Sequence record: PV808484.1
Length of the DNA stretch: 64,000 nt
Reading direction: 5' to 3' (one strand)
Source of the DNA: a phage
Shown here: positions 1 to 9,995 of the stretch, piece after piece
Position numbering within the stretch: position 1 is the stretch's first letter
Layout of the letters: each line of letters begins with the position of its first letter
The notes under the pieces: model-generated
The model's database searches: none
Told to the model about the DNA's origin: nothing
What the model saw: only the letters and a program-made list of their open reading frames with translations
Position numbers and translations under genes: made by a program

Positions 1-2
1 AA

Positions 3-437
3 TTAGTTTAAAATTTCTTTTGCAATGGTAGAAGCAAGTTTTCCATCATATTGATTCGGATACTCTGCTTTAAGGTGTTTCATCATATCTGGCATTTTCT
101 TGCCTGTCAAGGCAAATTCTTCGGCAATAGCTCGAAGATCATCTTCAGATAGCATTTCTGGTAAATATTTCTCCAGAGTGGTGATATCACGCATAGCTCG
201 CTCACATTTGCTAAGGGAAGCATTAACTTTCTTAAGCGAGTCTAGTTCCTCTTTAGCGTGTGCAATACCAATCTTAACAATGTTAATCATAATATCGTCT
301 TCTGATTTGTTTAGATTTGCCTTTTGAGTACGAGCAAGGTCAAACTCACCAATAATATTAGTTAACAAAGCAAAAGCACCCTTATCGGTTGTACGTGCTA
401 AGATACGATCTGCTTTCATTTGTGTCACAATAGACAT
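3..437 (-). CDS. GatB/YqeY-domain protein
   Basis: 144 aa; C-terminal LEKYLPEMLSEDDLRAIAEE...GKLASTIAKEIL resembles YqeY/GatB C-terminal domain; stop codon at window edge. Confidence 0.55.
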   Translation of the reverse strand: MSIVTQMKADRILARTTDKGAFALLTNIIGEFDLARTQKANLNKSEDDIMINIVKIGIAHAKEELDSLKKVNASLSKCERAMRDITTLEKYLPEMLSEDDLRAIAEEFALTGKKMPDMMKHLKAEYPNQYDGKLASTIAKEILN

Positions 438-449
438 TCTATTCTCCTC

Positions 450-1022
450 TTATTTGCTAATGCTTTGAATGTTATTTACAACACGGTTTATTGCCAGTGA
501 AGCCCTAGGCTCTGCAATACCTGTTGCATAGATATAAGGATGACCTTTTGGAGACTCCCTCATACCGAATGAACCTAATTCTAAACCATATTCATCCTCT
601 ACGTCAACCCCAATATTAGTGGGTACTAAATATGTTTTAACTCCATAATAAGTAGAGAAGAAACAGCGCATAGCGTTAGCATACTCTTCAATTGTAGCAT
701 CAGGGTAGAACTCAATCAACTCCAATTTCAAGAAAATATTAAAATGGGTATCATCTAAACTTTCTTCTGTACGGTAACATGGCGTTAGTGCCATATACGG
801 ATTACCTGCTGCAAATTCAAAACCATCCTTCTCCATTTGCAGGAAAGATTGTTCTGCACTAGCTACATAGTATTTACCGTTAGGATGCCCTAATGGGCGA
901 TCCTCTTTATTTTCTGGTAGTGTGTACGCCAGTATATCAGCATCCACGAGATATGGAACTTCTAACATTTGTGCAAATCGACCATAGTAATCAATAGCTT
1001 GAGCTATTACTGCAACATTCAT
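450..1022 (-). CDS. hypothetical protein, possible class II ligase (AsnA/aaRS-like) core
   Basis: 190 aa; PCYRTEE and ELGSFGMRES...ATGIAEPRASL resemble class II motif 2/3; tentative. Confidence 0.4.
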   Translation of the reverse strand: MNVAVIAQAIDYYGRFAQMLEVPYLVDADILAYTLPENKEDRPLGHPNGKYYVASAEQSFLQMEKDGFEFAAGNPYMALTPCYRTEESLDDTHFNIFLKLELIEFYPDATIEEYANAMRCFFSTYYGVKTYLVPTNIGVDVEDEYGLELGSFGMRESPKGHPYIYATGIAEPRASLAINRVVNNIQSISK

Positions 1023-1270
1023 GATCGACCTCCATTGCGGAATGCACGTTTAGTAATGTTTGACATAGTGATCAAATCTTGAAGCGTCATATCAGGAAAA
1101 TGCTGTTCAAGAACACCTTCAACAGCGCCTACAATATCTGATAACTCAATAAGTTGCATCAGCTTGCAGTCTTGATCAATAGCATCTTGAAGTTCATAAA
1201 GCTCTTCTTGAATCTTAGCAACAGAACCATATTCCTCTTTGCTAATCTCCTTCAAATGATACCCTGCCAC
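1019..1270 (-). CDS. possible MazG-like NTP pyrophosphohydrolase
   Basis: 83 aa; EELYELQDAI (EExxE) followed by ELSDIVGAV (ExxD) as in all-alpha NTP-PPases; overlaps downstream start. Confidence 0.35.
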   Translation of the reverse strand: MAGYHLKEISKEEYGSVAKIQEELYELQDAIDQDCKLMQLIELSDIVGAVEGVLEQHFPDMTLQDLITMSNITKRAFRNGGRS

Positions 1271-1280
1271 TTTAACCCCC

Positions 1281-3017
1281 TTAGTTTACCAGTTTATTTA
1301 TGTCTGGTAAAAGATTTATTTCACCTAAGAAATCACCTTCACCTTCCTCTAGCCAACTCTCATATGCTTGTGCATGATTATAGTTACCATCAAAAGAATC
1401 TGCAACAAATTTTTCTACAGTTTTTCGAGATGTGCCAGCGCCAAATACACCAAGTTTAATACCATTGATCGGTAAAGTGGTGCTTGTGGGTACTTTCTCT
1501 GTTGCAACACGGTTGATATCTATAATCTCCTGTACGGTTGTATTCCATTGTAAGCATTTAACACAACGGGTGTGCGCTACATACAGTAGGTTTCGCTCTG
1601 CCTCTTCCAGTCCTACCCATTCACCAGTCTTTTTATCATAATTGGAAGGAAAATCATTAGCAACAATAACCTGATCCCACTCCAAACCTTTAGATTTGTG
1701 TGCTGTAGTCAATGTGACTTTTGCTGTAGGAGAATTTCTATGCGTTCTAAGTGTATGTGCTATAGTGTTTGCCTTACCAGAAACTACAATGTTTAACAAA
1801 CGTTTAGCATCTGGATCAGCCTCTGCACACTCAACAAATTCATCCCAGTCTGCATAAGGTAATACAGTTTCATGTTTTACTTTCTCAATATCTCCTCTCC
1901 GAAGAGCATTAACACTATCTACCATAGAGATAAAATCCCTGGTATCTACGTTAATAATAATTTCTTCCCCGTCTGCAATACGATCCATTGCCTCCATAAG
2001 CAAGGTTAAATTCTTGCGAAAGATGATAGTGTAAGGCTTTGTATAGTCTACAACATCTGATTTGTAGCTACCTACTACAGTATCAAAGCCTTTACCAACC
2101 AAAGGATGACGCAAAGGTTCTTTATCACTTAAAATCATATTCGCAATGTTTGCCACTTTGGGGCCAAAACGGAAGCAAGCAGTTAATGGAAGTTCTGCCC
2201 CATATGTAGAAGTTTCCTTCATCATATTTTGGCTTCCACGGAACTGGTAGATGCTCTGATATTCGTCTCCCACCACTACTACTTGTTTTGCAGATTTAGC
2301 ATTCCGCAGAATAGACAAGAATGCAGGGTTAACATCCTGGAATTCATCCCCAAAAATAATGTCATAACCAAGATCAGCACCTGATAATTCAAACAATTTT
2401 ACATAGGTGTCATGCGTCATCAAAGTATCTGTGTTAGGATCAATGCGCTCTCGCCACAATTGTTTTGCATACTTAACTACTTCTGTAATTAGTTTGTGTT
2501 CGTTAATACCTTTTCTTTTAATATCTGCAAGATGTACACCAGGAAAATGTTTACGGCTGATAAAAGGATCATCCGAAAATTCAAACTTACCTACGGTTTG
2601 CTTGATCATTAAACCAATCATAGCACGAGTTAAAAGTGTTTTCCCTCGTTTATCAATAAGATTATTAATCTTAAATTTCTTTGCTATCTCGCTACCTGTA
2701 CCTGCAACGTTAACATACTGTCCTTCTGGTCGTGACAGTTTTGCACGTAAACGATGATCCAGGAATTGATAGCAAATGGAATGCAATGTACGGCATTCTA
2801 CATTTGGTGGCATCTTACGCCGTGCTTCTTCTGCCATGCTTTTATTGAAAGCTAAGTAAAGAATGCGATCTTCTGTACTGTTAGCCAGCAAATAAAGTGT
2901 TGACGTTTTGCCTGATCCAGATTTAGCCTGGATAGTTAAAAAGCGATGATCTGGAAAAGCCTCCTTAATAGCTGTTTGCTCTTCTGTTGGAGTAAAACTC
3001 AACTCTTTCTTAGCCAT
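1281..3017 (-). CDS. UvrD/PcrA-family SF1 DNA helicase
   Basis: Walker A AKSGSGKTST, DEFQD, VGDEYQSIYQFRG, TTAHKSKGLEWD; start set at internal ATG with AGAGAGG SD, abutting upstream stop. Confidence 0.8.
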   Translation of the reverse strand: MAKKELSFTPTEEQTAIKEAFPDHRFLTIQAKSGSGKTSTLYLLANSTEDRILYLAFNKSMAEEARRKMPPNVECRTLHSICYQFLDHRLRAKLSRPEGQYVNVAGTGSEIAKKFKINNLIDKRGKTLLTRAMIGLMIKQTVGKFEFSDDPFISRKHFPGVHLADIKRKGINEHKLITEVVKYAKQLWRERIDPNTDTLMTHDTYVKLFELSGADLGYDIIFGDEFQDVNPAFLSILRNAKSAKQVVVVGDEYQSIYQFRGSQNMMKETSTYGAELPLTACFRFGPKVANIANMILSDKEPLRHPLVGKGFDTVVGSYKSDVVDYTKPYTIIFRKNLTLLMEAMDRIADGEEIIINVDTRDFISMVDSVNALRRGDIEKVKHETVLPYADWDEFVECAEADPDAKRLLNIVVSGKANTIAHTLRTHRNSPTAKVTLTTAHKSKGLEWDQVIVANDFPSNYDKKTGEWVGLEEAERNLLYVAHTRCVKCLQWNTTVQEIIDINRVATEKVPTSTTLPINGIKLGVFGAGTSRKTVEKFVADSFDGNYNHAQAYESWLEEGEGDFLGEINLLPDINKLVN

Positions 3018-3018
3018 T

Positions 3019-3495
3019 TCAACCTCTCTTAATTTGTTTAACAAGCATAGGAACAAAATCTCGTTTTAAAATTTGTTCAATAATGTGATCAGGTAGCTGT
3101 TGGAAATTATAATTAAAAGCTACTGTTTCACCTTTAGGTGTTTCTACCCGCACATATAACATGTTGCGAAGTTTATCCACTTGTGCTGTATATTCTAAAC
3201 CACGTAATTGATGCATTGCAAACATCAAATCATCAGTTTCAGTTTGGAATCTATCCCTTGTCTGCATCAAGGATAAGGCAAAAGGTAGATTTTCCCTAAG
3301 AGCCACCTTCTTAGGCACTAGTGAAGGGAAATACTCCCCAATAACTTCCTGTGTAAGCTGAATACACTCTTTTTCAAGCTGGTTTTGTTCCTTGAGTTCA
3401 CAAACACTTTTTTGTAAAGTGTTAACCTCTTTTTGCAAAGCTGCTAGTTGAGCACTTAACTTTCTTTTTTGATTACGACCAAAACGTTTAGACAT
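3019..3495 (-). CDS. hypothetical protein (coiled-coil N-terminus)
   Basis: 158 aa ORF; operon context. Confidence 0.5.
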   Translation of the reverse strand: MSKRFGRNQKRKLSAQLAALQKEVNTLQKSVCELKEQNQLEKECIQLTQEVIGEYFPSLVPKKVALRENLPFALSLMQTRDRFQTETDDLMFAMHQLRGLEYTAQVDKLRNMLYVRVETPKGETVAFNYNFQQLPDHIIEQILKRDFVPMLVKQIKRG

Positions 3496-3503
3496 ATTTC
3501 CCC

Positions 3504-4019
3504 CTAGTAAAACCCCTTAACAATTTGTATTAACTCGGCACAACGGTTGACCAACTTTTCCTCGCACAATACACGTTGTGGCATATGTTGTATAATATAC
3601 TCCATTTGCTCATGCCATGTCCACTTTTCTTTTTTGTCCGGGATAACATCACTAGCACGAGAATTATCTTTTAATGTTTGTATAATCCAATTGCTTGGAA
3701 AGTGCTCTCCACCTTTCTTAAATGGTTTATAGTGTCCTAGAGTGAATTGAGAATCCCCTGTTAGAGCACCCAATTTATTTAGATGGATAATCAAACTACG
3801 AAACACGTAGTATTCATAGATGTTATCCACCGTATAGCAAGCATAATATTTCAAGATGCCCTTATCTCGCGGATACTTACCAACATCCAGATTACACCAG
3901 TTGACATTTTCTGGATCATAGTGGTGTTCCTTAAGCCATATTTCTCTTTCATCAAAGTCTGGATATATTACCGCCCTGCTTACAGAGTCAACAAGTGGAG
4001 ATTGAGCATCAAAAAACAT
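3504..4019 (-). CDS. hypothetical protein
   Basis: 171 aa ORF; operon context. Confidence 0.5.
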   Translation of the reverse strand: MFFDAQSPLVDSVSRAVIYPDFDEREIWLKEHHYDPENVNWCNLDVGKYPRDKGILKYYACYTVDNIYEYYVFRSLIIHLNKLGALTGDSQFTLGHYKPFKKGGEHFPSNWIIQTLKDNSRASDVIPDKKEKWTWHEQMEYIIQHMPQRVLCEEKLVNRCAELIQIVKGFY

Positions 4020-4040
4020 TATATTTTCCTTATTGGTTTG

Positions 4041-4406
4041 TTAAACGTTTTCTAAATCTTTTAAGGCATTACCCAACGTTAGAACAATAACATCGTTTGC
4101 TGCCTCTTCCCCATTGATATTGGTGAAATTTGGTGTGACAAAAGTAACCATATAAAACTCGTCCACCTGGAAGATAGCAATAACACCATCCATCTTAACA
4201 TCTTGACGAAAGGAAAAACCAATCATCTTCTCTTGCAAAGGCATATCCCCTTCCTTCATTACCGCCAGGGAGTTTTCAGGAATGTTATATTTATCTGCTC
4301 CGATGTAGATGTACGTAATGTTATCTTTATCGTGATGATACAGGGTTGCTTTTTCCATGTCTAAACCTGACAGATCAAATACGTTAATTTCTTGTGTAGT
4401 CTTCAT
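4041..4406 (-). CDS. hypothetical protein
   Basis: start moved to internal ATG (MKTTQEINVF) preceded by GGGAGG SD; avoids long overlap with neighbour. Confidence 0.45.
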   Translation of the reverse strand: MKTTQEINVFDLSGLDMEKATLYHHDKDNITYIYIGADKYNIPENSLAVMKEGDMPLQEKMIGFSFRQDVKMDGVIAIFQVDEFYMVTFVTPNFTNINGEEAANDVIVLTLGNALKDLENV

Positions 4407-4770
4407 AAATATCCTCCCAAATCCAATAATCATCTGTGTAAGTAGGATGCCTTTTATCCCACTCTGTTCTAGCCCAAGCAACCGCTGCTACCAACACATC
4501 ACCATGACAAGGTTGAGGTGAGCAGAAGCAAACTAAGTCTTTCCCTTCTAATTCTAACAAATCCTCAAGAGTGATTTTACCACAACGAATTTGTTCCCAC
4601 AACCACTCTTTATATCTTTGTATAGTTGATCCTCGTGGTTCATCATCCTTTAACTTGAAAGGATTTGCAAACTTTGAGGCTTTTAACCCCATATGAGGCA
4701 TAGCTCTGCCAATGTACACTGCACCTTCAGGTATTACTTTACCTGAGTGGTAAAAATTTAATACTTTCAT
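4384..4770 (-). CDS. DUF4326-like protein
   Basis: 128 aa; AVYIGR...SKFANPF...LVCFCSPQPCHGDVL pattern typical of DUF4326. Confidence 0.5.
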   Translation of the reverse strand: MKVLNFYHSGKVIPEGAVYIGRAMPHMGLKASKFANPFKLKDDEPRGSTIQRYKEWLWEQIRCGKITLEDLLELEGKDLVCFCSPQPCHGDVLVAAVAWARTEWDKRHPTYTDDYWIWEDIYEDYTRN

Positions 4771-4771
4771 A

Positions 4772-5122
4772 TTAACCCAAACACATCTGCGCGATCAAGC
4801 CTTGTATAAATTTATTAGCTTCTTTACTGTCGTAGTCAGTCTCTTCTGGATATCCATCTTCATCGTACACAACTGTACCTTCAATATACCCTGCCTCAAT
4901 TAAGGCGCGGATCATATCAAATTGCCAGCATGAGTTACCAAATGGACGTTTACCATTAAAACACTCTTCTTCTCTCCATAACGTAGAGAGTAGTTGTCGG
5001 AAATATTCCCGTACAGTGACAGTACCAAGATCTGAATCCTCAAACATAACATCCAGGGCATCAGGATTGCTTTTCTCTACATAAGGAATATATTTAACAC
5101 CATTAATAGTTACATCAAGCAT
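4772..5122 (-). CDS. hypothetical protein
   Basis: 116 aa ORF; 1-nt gap to neighbours. Confidence 0.5.
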   Translation of the reverse strand: MLDVTINGVKYIPYVEKSNPDALDVMFEDSDLGTVTVREYFRQLLSTLWREEECFNGKRPFGNSCWQFDMIRALIEAGYIEGTVVYDEDGYPEETDYDSKEANKFIQGLIAQMCLG

Positions 5123-5485
5123 TTATTTCTCCTTATCATCATATTCTAGGAACATATCTGCACGATATGCTTTACGCTCTTCAAACTTAGCAGGATCTAC
5201 AACAATAAGCAATACAAGGTTAACATCTAAATACTTTTTAACAAATAGAAATAAATCTTTTCCACAGTTAAAACCTACACCAGTATAGGCATCCCCATAT
5301 TGATCTACTGATTTAATCTTCTTACTAACCGTACATTCTATGCTATTCTTTTCTTCTTGGTATAAGGCTTTCCCACCCCAATATGTAAAGAATTTAGTAC
5401 CGTCAGCACCAAGTTTAAAACCCTCTGTTGCATGTCCCGCAAATGAAAGTAAGCATAACCAAGTGATCATCAGGTACTTTAGCAT
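5123..5485 (-). CDS. predicted secreted protein
   Basis: N-terminal signal-peptide-like LMITWLCLLSFAGHA; ATG with AGGTGG SD directly after upstream stop. Confidence 0.5.
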   Translation of the reverse strand: MLKYLMITWLCLLSFAGHATEGFKLGADGTKFFTYWGGKALYQEEKNSIECTVSKKIKSVDQYGDAYTGVGFNCGKDLFLFVKKYLDVNLVLLIVVDPAKFEERKAYRADMFLEYDDKEK

Positions 5486-5486
5486 T

Positions 5487-5969
5487 TTAACCACCTAATT
5501 GCAAATGTTTAGAAAGAACAATATCCCACTGATCACCACAACCGTTATCTATGCGGAACATAATGTACGTATCATCTTCTTCTACGACATATAATACCTC
5601 ATAGGAATTACAACAGCCTTCCCAATTTTTAACAGCCTCTGGTGTATCATGTGTAAAAATTTCATTACCATCATATGACCAAAACAAAGGAGTAAGGTTT
5701 TCGAACGTCAGTGAAGTAGGGTTCACTTCGTCTTTAACTGCTTCCTCATATTCCTTATGCGTTTGTACTGCTTTAGTTAGTGTACTCATGTCTATCTCCT
5801 TTTCTCCTTCTTGACTATGGAGGATAGCGAACTCTCTAAACTCCACCTCACGCCATGTTTTCAGGTAGTGCTTTATAATTTGATCAACATCTGCCTGTTC
5901 AACGTTACTTTTCAAGCAATAGTAGTCATGGTCTTCACCCATTCTACCCCATATGCTATACATTGTCAT
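5487..5969 (-). CDS. hypothetical protein
   Basis: 160 aa ORF. Confidence 0.5.
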   Translation of the reverse strand: MTMYSIWGRMGEDHDYYCLKSNVEQADVDQIIKHYLKTWREVEFREFAILHSQEGEKEIDMSTLTKAVQTHKEYEEAVKDEVNPTSLTFENLTPLFWSYDGNEIFTHDTPEAVKNWEGCCNSYEVLYVVEEDDTYIMFRIDNGCGDQWDIVLSKHLQLGG

Positions 5970-6237
5970 CTGATTGATCCTTCACATTGTTCTTGGCATA
6001 CACAGGAATAACATCATGGTGATCTTTATTACTTTCGTCTGTTAAAGCCCAAAACAACTTACCTGCCGGATGTTTAAAGATGTAAGCAATAGGTTCCTCT
6101 TCCTGTGCTTCTTTGCTACGGATGCCATCCCGCCAGGCAAGCCAAGTGTAGATCATCATCTCTTGACGTTCTTCTTCATTAGGCCACAGATGGGGTAGAA
6201 AGTTTTTATCAAACCATTGCTTAAACTCTTCAGTCAT
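5956..6237 (-). CDS. hypothetical protein
   Basis: 93 aa ORF; SD TAAGGAG region upstream. Confidence 0.5.
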   Translation of the reverse strand: MTEEFKQWFDKNFLPHLWPNEEERQEMMIYTWLAWRDGIRSKEAQEEEPIAYIFKHPAGKLFWALTDESNKDHHDVIPVYAKNNVKDQSDDNV

Positions 6238-6247
6238 AGTCTACTCC

Positions 6248-6412
6248 TTAGCGTACAAAGTTAACTTCTGCTTCTTTCAGCTTTGACACTTCTACATAAC
6301 CACCATGATCATCTTTAATCCATTCTTTTCCTTTACGGATGATAACAGGATATGTAGAGTGAGTAAGTTTAGGTACAGATCTTTTTGTTTTAGTGATAGA
6401 AATGTTTTGCAT
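6248..6412 (-). CDS. small hypothetical protein (54 aa)
   Basis: hand-translated MQNISITKTKRSVPKLTHSTYPVIIRKGKEWIKDDHGGYVEVSKLKEAEVNFVR; AAGGAG SD 6 nt upstream; below ORF-track cutoff. Confidence 0.35.
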   Translation of the reverse strand: MQNISITKTKRSVPKLTHSTYPVIIRKGKEWIKDDHGGYVEVSKLKEAEVNFVR

Positions 6413-6472
6413 AGTAATCTCCTTAGTAAATTTTACATAGAGTCTAGATTATTTAGTAGGTAGAGTCAATAA

Positions 6473-6739
6473 CTAATTACTGTTAGATCTGTACTCTGTC
6501 TTCCATTCACAATGGTAAACTTCAACAGGTTCTAACTTCCAGTGTTCAGGAACTAGTTCAGGACAATATCTACAAAAGAGAAATAGATAGATAACTAAGA
6601 CAGGTATTAAATAGTAAAATGGTATACGATCATAACCATACTTACGAGATAACATGTAGACATATAGATAGGGTATAACAATTAATCCTATAACTATAAG
6701 TAAGAAGAGAAGTATAAACCTTAGTGTAGTAACATCCAT
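6473..6739 (-). CDS. small membrane protein
   Basis: 88 aa; two long hydrophobic segments. Confidence 0.5.
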   Translation of the reverse strand: MDVTTLRFILLFLLIVIGLIVIPYLYVYMLSRKYGYDRIPFYYLIPVLVIYLFLFCRYCPELVPEHWKLEPVEVYHCEWKTEYRSNSN

Positions 6740-6817
6740 AGTATTCTCCTATACAGTAATATACTCTGTTCCTGCCCCTCCATGAGTGACAGGAACAATA
6801 TCTATAGAGAATACTAA

Positions 6818-6878
6818 CTCGCTTCGCTCGTCACCTTTCAGGTTTAGGGTAGCATGTTTTTCTGAAAAAGTCAATACT
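6818..6878. repeat. conserved noncoding element, copy 1
   Basis: CTCGCTTCGCTCG...TTAGGGTAGCATGTTTTT...GAAAAAGT; second copy at 35445-35504. Confidence 0.5.
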
Positions 6879-6904
6879 CTCCACAAAACTTTACAAAATA
6901 CTTT

Positions 6905-7177
6905 TTACATAGGTACAACAGAGTCTGTTTTGAAGTCGTACATATGATTTACACCTGTGATTTTTGACATAGAGATCGCACGTTTAGCACCTGCAATTAC
7001 CTGGTCTGTCTTCTTAATCTCTTCACGGAACTTACGCACAGTTAGAGAGAAGAAACGATGATCCATCCATTGACGATTCACACGATCACGCTTGAAGTGA
7101 CGGAAATCTTCAATCTGTTTATTGCGCAATCGGCGCAGTACATGCAATAATTTATAGTAAGGGTGTTTATTTTTCAT
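6905..7177 (-). CDS. hypothetical protein (basic)
   Basis: 90 aa ORF. Confidence 0.5.
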   Translation of the reverse strand: MKNKHPYYKLLHVLRRLRNKQIEDFRHFKRDRVNRQWMDHRFFSLTVRKFREEIKKTDQVIAGAKRAISMSKITGVNHMYDFKTDSVVPM

Positions 7178-7180
7178 AAT

Positions 7181-7609
7181 TTATTCTCCAAATCGAAAAT
7201 CGTCAATATCATCAAACCATACACAATGGCGAGTCCTTTCTTTTTCTGTTGCAGACATTGTTTCAACAGCTTTAGGACTAAGCACAACAGGAATGTAACG
7301 AACAGGTCGTTCATAGTAGTAGCCATACTTTTCTGTATTAGCTGCCTCAAAGACTTTACGGCGTTCTTCAAGATCTTCTATGGTGAATCCTACCATATAA
7401 CCATCATGTTTGCTACCCCATCCTTCCTCACTTTCAACAATCGGGATATAAAAGCCGTTACGCGTCCCTGACGCTGGTTTTTCTTGAGCCTGAAGGCAAG
7501 CCTCCCATCCTGCTTTAAAGACGTTATAGAGCGATTTACGCACGTTATGAGTGCCGCTTTCGCTTGCTGGATAGAGTTCATTAAATTTATCTTGGATTTG
7601 TTGTGTCAT
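7181..7609 (-). CDS. hypothetical protein
   Basis: 142 aa ORF. Confidence 0.5.
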   Translation of the reverse strand: MTQQIQDKFNELYPASESGTHNVRKSLYNVFKAGWEACLQAQEKPASGTRNGFYIPIVESEEGWGSKHDGYMVGFTIEDLEERRKVFEAANTEKYGYYYERPVRYIPVVLSPKAVETMSATEKERTRHCVWFDDIDDFRFGE

Positions 7610-7752
7610 ACTCGCCCCTTAGTGATTATTTGACCAGCTAAACAAATAGCTTGTAGTACAATAAAGAAGTAGCCTAATTTTACACTACCCAATACCCAGA
7701 ATGCAATGTTTGCAAACAAACAAAAAGCAATATTAAGTCTAAAGAATAACAT
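7606..7752 (-). CDS. small hydrophobic peptide (48 aa)
   Basis: hand-translated MLFFRLNIAFCLFANIAFWVLGSVKLGYFFIVLQAICLAGQIITKGRV; fills intergenic gap; overlaps neighbour start. Confidence 0.3.
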   Translation of the reverse strand: MLFFRLNIAFCLFANIAFWVLGSVKLGYFFIVLQAICLAGQIITKGRV

Positions 7753-7953
7753 TTAATCCCCTTCATATTTAGGTAAAGGCATATATGCCACAATAGGAGG
7801 GTAATCAAAGTGAAAATGATGGTTCACCACAATAATCTTACCAGACATACTTTTATGCACTTCACAATACCCTTTTTCACCATCTTCCATTACCACCACA
7901 TACTCACCTAGTGGGATATCGTATGGATCTTCTACTTTTACCCATTCTGTCAT
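7753..7953 (-). CDS. hypothetical protein
   Basis: 66 aa ORF. Confidence 0.45.
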   Translation of the reverse strand: MTEWVKVEDPYDIPLGEYVVVMEDGEKGYCEVHKSMSGKIIVVNHHFHFDYPPIVAYMPLPKYEGD

Positions 7954-8219
7954 TTTGGAAATACCTCTTGTCCATCTTCATGCATTTGTAGTAAAGTTTC
8001 ACAGATTTCATACACATCTTGGTATGTTACAACTGAGAGATCAGATTCTTGATCTTCGACAAGCATAGCACAAAGAGCTTTAATGTCAATACCTTTACAA
8101 TGTTCCGTAGCTACACGGTACATTTCACCATCCTCCCAAACAATTGGTTGCGGGAGCAAAACATCTGTACCATCTTCACAAGTTACAATGTAGTCTGCAA
8201 TATTGTCACGAATTTTCAT
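7950..8219 (-). CDS. hypothetical protein
   Basis: 89 aa ORF; 4-nt overlap coupling. Confidence 0.5.
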   Translation of the reverse strand: MKIRDNIADYIVTCEDGTDVLLPQPIVWEDGEMYRVATEHCKGIDIKALCAMLVEDQESDLSVVTYQDVYEICETLLQMHEDGQEVFPK

Positions 8220-8473
8220 TGTACTACCCCCTTAAATCCAGATGTACTGCCAGTTTTAACTTTTGCTTTAAGATGTTCCAACTCTACCATAGGTGTTGCT
8301 ACTTGTATAGGATTTTCCTCAACCTCATAAATATAATATTCATAATAAGCATACTTACCAATAGAGTGCAGATACTTAATTGCATGTTCAGGCGAATCTG
8401 CTTCAACATACCCTAAATCTTTTGTGGTACGACCTTCGCAATCACCTTCGGTAGTTACATGATAAAGTGTCAT
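8216..8473 (-). CDS. hypothetical protein
   Basis: 85 aa ORF; 4-nt overlap coupling. Confidence 0.5.
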   Translation of the reverse strand: MTLYHVTTEGDCEGRTTKDLGYVEADSPEHAIKYLHSIGKYAYYEYYIYEVEENPIQVATPMVELEHLKAKVKTGSTSGFKGVVQ

Positions 8474-8784
8474 AAAACCTCCTCATAGTAAGGTAAAGCC
8501 TTGATCAGTTGTTCTGAAGTGCCATTTTGCACCCACGTAACACCATTGTCAACAGAAACATACCCTTTTTTGTCAATAAATTTACGCAGACAACCAGTGA
8601 ACTTATTTTTGTAGATCATTTCTTCTTTCCTTTTTTGATTACAGCCCCCGTCACTTCCTTGCCAAACTTCCGCTCTGAATTCCATCTCAAACCACTCACC
8701 ACCGCAAAAACGGCTGTGTTCAACACGTCTATCTTCCTTCATTGCTTCTTTAGCTTCGATAGAAGTTAGTTCGATGTTTTGCAT
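8470..8784 (-). CDS. hypothetical protein
   Basis: start set at internal ATG (MQNIELT) with AAGGAG SD. Confidence 0.45.
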   Translation of the reverse strand: MQNIELTSIEAKEAMKEDRRVEHSRFCGGEWFEMEFRAEVWQGSDGGCNQKRKEEMIYKNKFTGCLRKFIDKKGYVSVDNGVTWVQNGTSEQLIKALPYYEEVL

Positions 8785-8902
8785 TTGCTTTTCTCCTTTC
8801 CTTTGGTATGCGCTAATCTTAACAAAATAAAAACGTATGTCAATACTTGATTTGAAATTAGTTTCTGGTACTCTGTGTGTATCGTAACAAAAGAGGTTAG
8901 AT
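8785..8902. promoter_or_regulatory. divergent promoter / strand-switch region
   Basis: AT-rich 118 bp gap between first minus-strand gene and first plus-strand gene. Confidence 0.4.
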
Positions 8903-9193
8903 ATGAACATCACACTAGCAACTAAGAATATTACAGAAACTTTCGATGGTTTTGGCATTATTATTGCTGTTCATGGGCATAACGAAAAATGGTTAGCCTC
9001 TTTTGAAGAGGACAAAGAACGCAATGTACGTTTGAATGCACCAATCAAAGTTTTACACCAGGTAGGTGAGAATAAGAAACAATGGAGATCATACAAAGAG
9101 TGGAACATTACAAACGAATTAATACACAAACTTGACAAAGTGATAAACATGTTCGACAATGCACCAAGCAGTGCAAAACGTGTTTTACTATAA
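8903..9193 (+). CDS. hypothetical protein
   Basis: 96 aa ORF; GAGG SD. Confidence 0.5.
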   Translation: MNITLATKNITETFDGFGIIIAVHGHNEKWLASFEEDKERNVRLNAPIKVLHQVGENKKQWRSYKEWNITNELIHKLDKVINMFDNAPSSAKRVLL

Positions 9194-9204
9194 AGGAGAG
9201 TGAT

Positions 9205-9558
9205 ATGAAAATTGTACACGATGAAATTCAATTTGAAGAGAGTGATCTTCTTGATCTGGATGTGACACTAAGTAAACTGATCTACAACGCACTTTCTGCA
9301 TATCGTGCAAAAGTGATAGCCACAAACAATGTTAAAATTCCTAGTGGGTTACTTCGTCGGATGTACCCACACGCTAAAGGTGACTATCTACCTTATATGG
9401 AAGAACGAGCAGCAGAACACTGGTTAGAAATTCTTGAAAAAATGGAGTCCTCTTTTAAAGATTCAACTCCACCTGAAGAAGTTAATGAAAAACAACGGCA
9501 AGAGCGTTTAGAAGGTCGTATTTTGTTTGCTAAGTATTTCCATAATTTGTGGAGCTAA
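9205..9558 (+). CDS. hypothetical protein
   Basis: 117 aa ORF; AGGAGAG SD. Confidence 0.5.
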   Translation: MKIVHDEIQFEESDLLDLDVTLSKLIYNALSAYRAKVIATNNVKIPSGLLRRMYPHAKGDYLPYMEERAAEHWLEILEKMESSFKDSTPPEEVNEKQRQERLEGRILFAKYFHNLWS

Positions 9559-9656
9559 ACATATCTGGTAAAATCACTTATATGTTCTTAGTATACTTGT
9601 GTAAAGAAGTTATCTAACAGGTGTTGAGTGGACTATTAAATTAGGAGGGCTTTAAT

Positions 9657-9995
9657 ATGTTTAGTAAAGAAATGAGAGAAGTAATTGCCACTTTGGTAGT
9701 TGATCATGGTGTTGAAGTTGAGCGTCACGTTTGGAACGATGAACCTCCTTTCTTCGATTTGGCATCACGAGCTAAAAGTCATATGCACCTGCTGGAAGAC
9801 GGTAATGAGTTTGTTCTCCGTATGCGTTATGATCGAGAGTTTCGAATTCCGCTTGACACTGAACCAGATGGTGTAGTAATGTGGTTGGCAGAACATTTCG
9901 CATACGATGCACTACATGGAAGAAGTTTTGGTAATGAGCGTTGGGATGCCATTTGTCGTAAGCATAATATTGAACCAGAGTACGGGAGTTTATAA
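9657..9995 (+). CDS. hypothetical protein
   Basis: 112 aa ORF; GGAGGG SD. Confidence 0.5.
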   Translation: MFSKEMREVIATLVVDHGVEVERHVWNDEPPFFDLASRAKSHMHLLEDGNEFVLRMRYDREFRIPLDTEPDGVVMWLAEHFAYDALHGRSFGNERWDAICRKHNIEPEYGSL

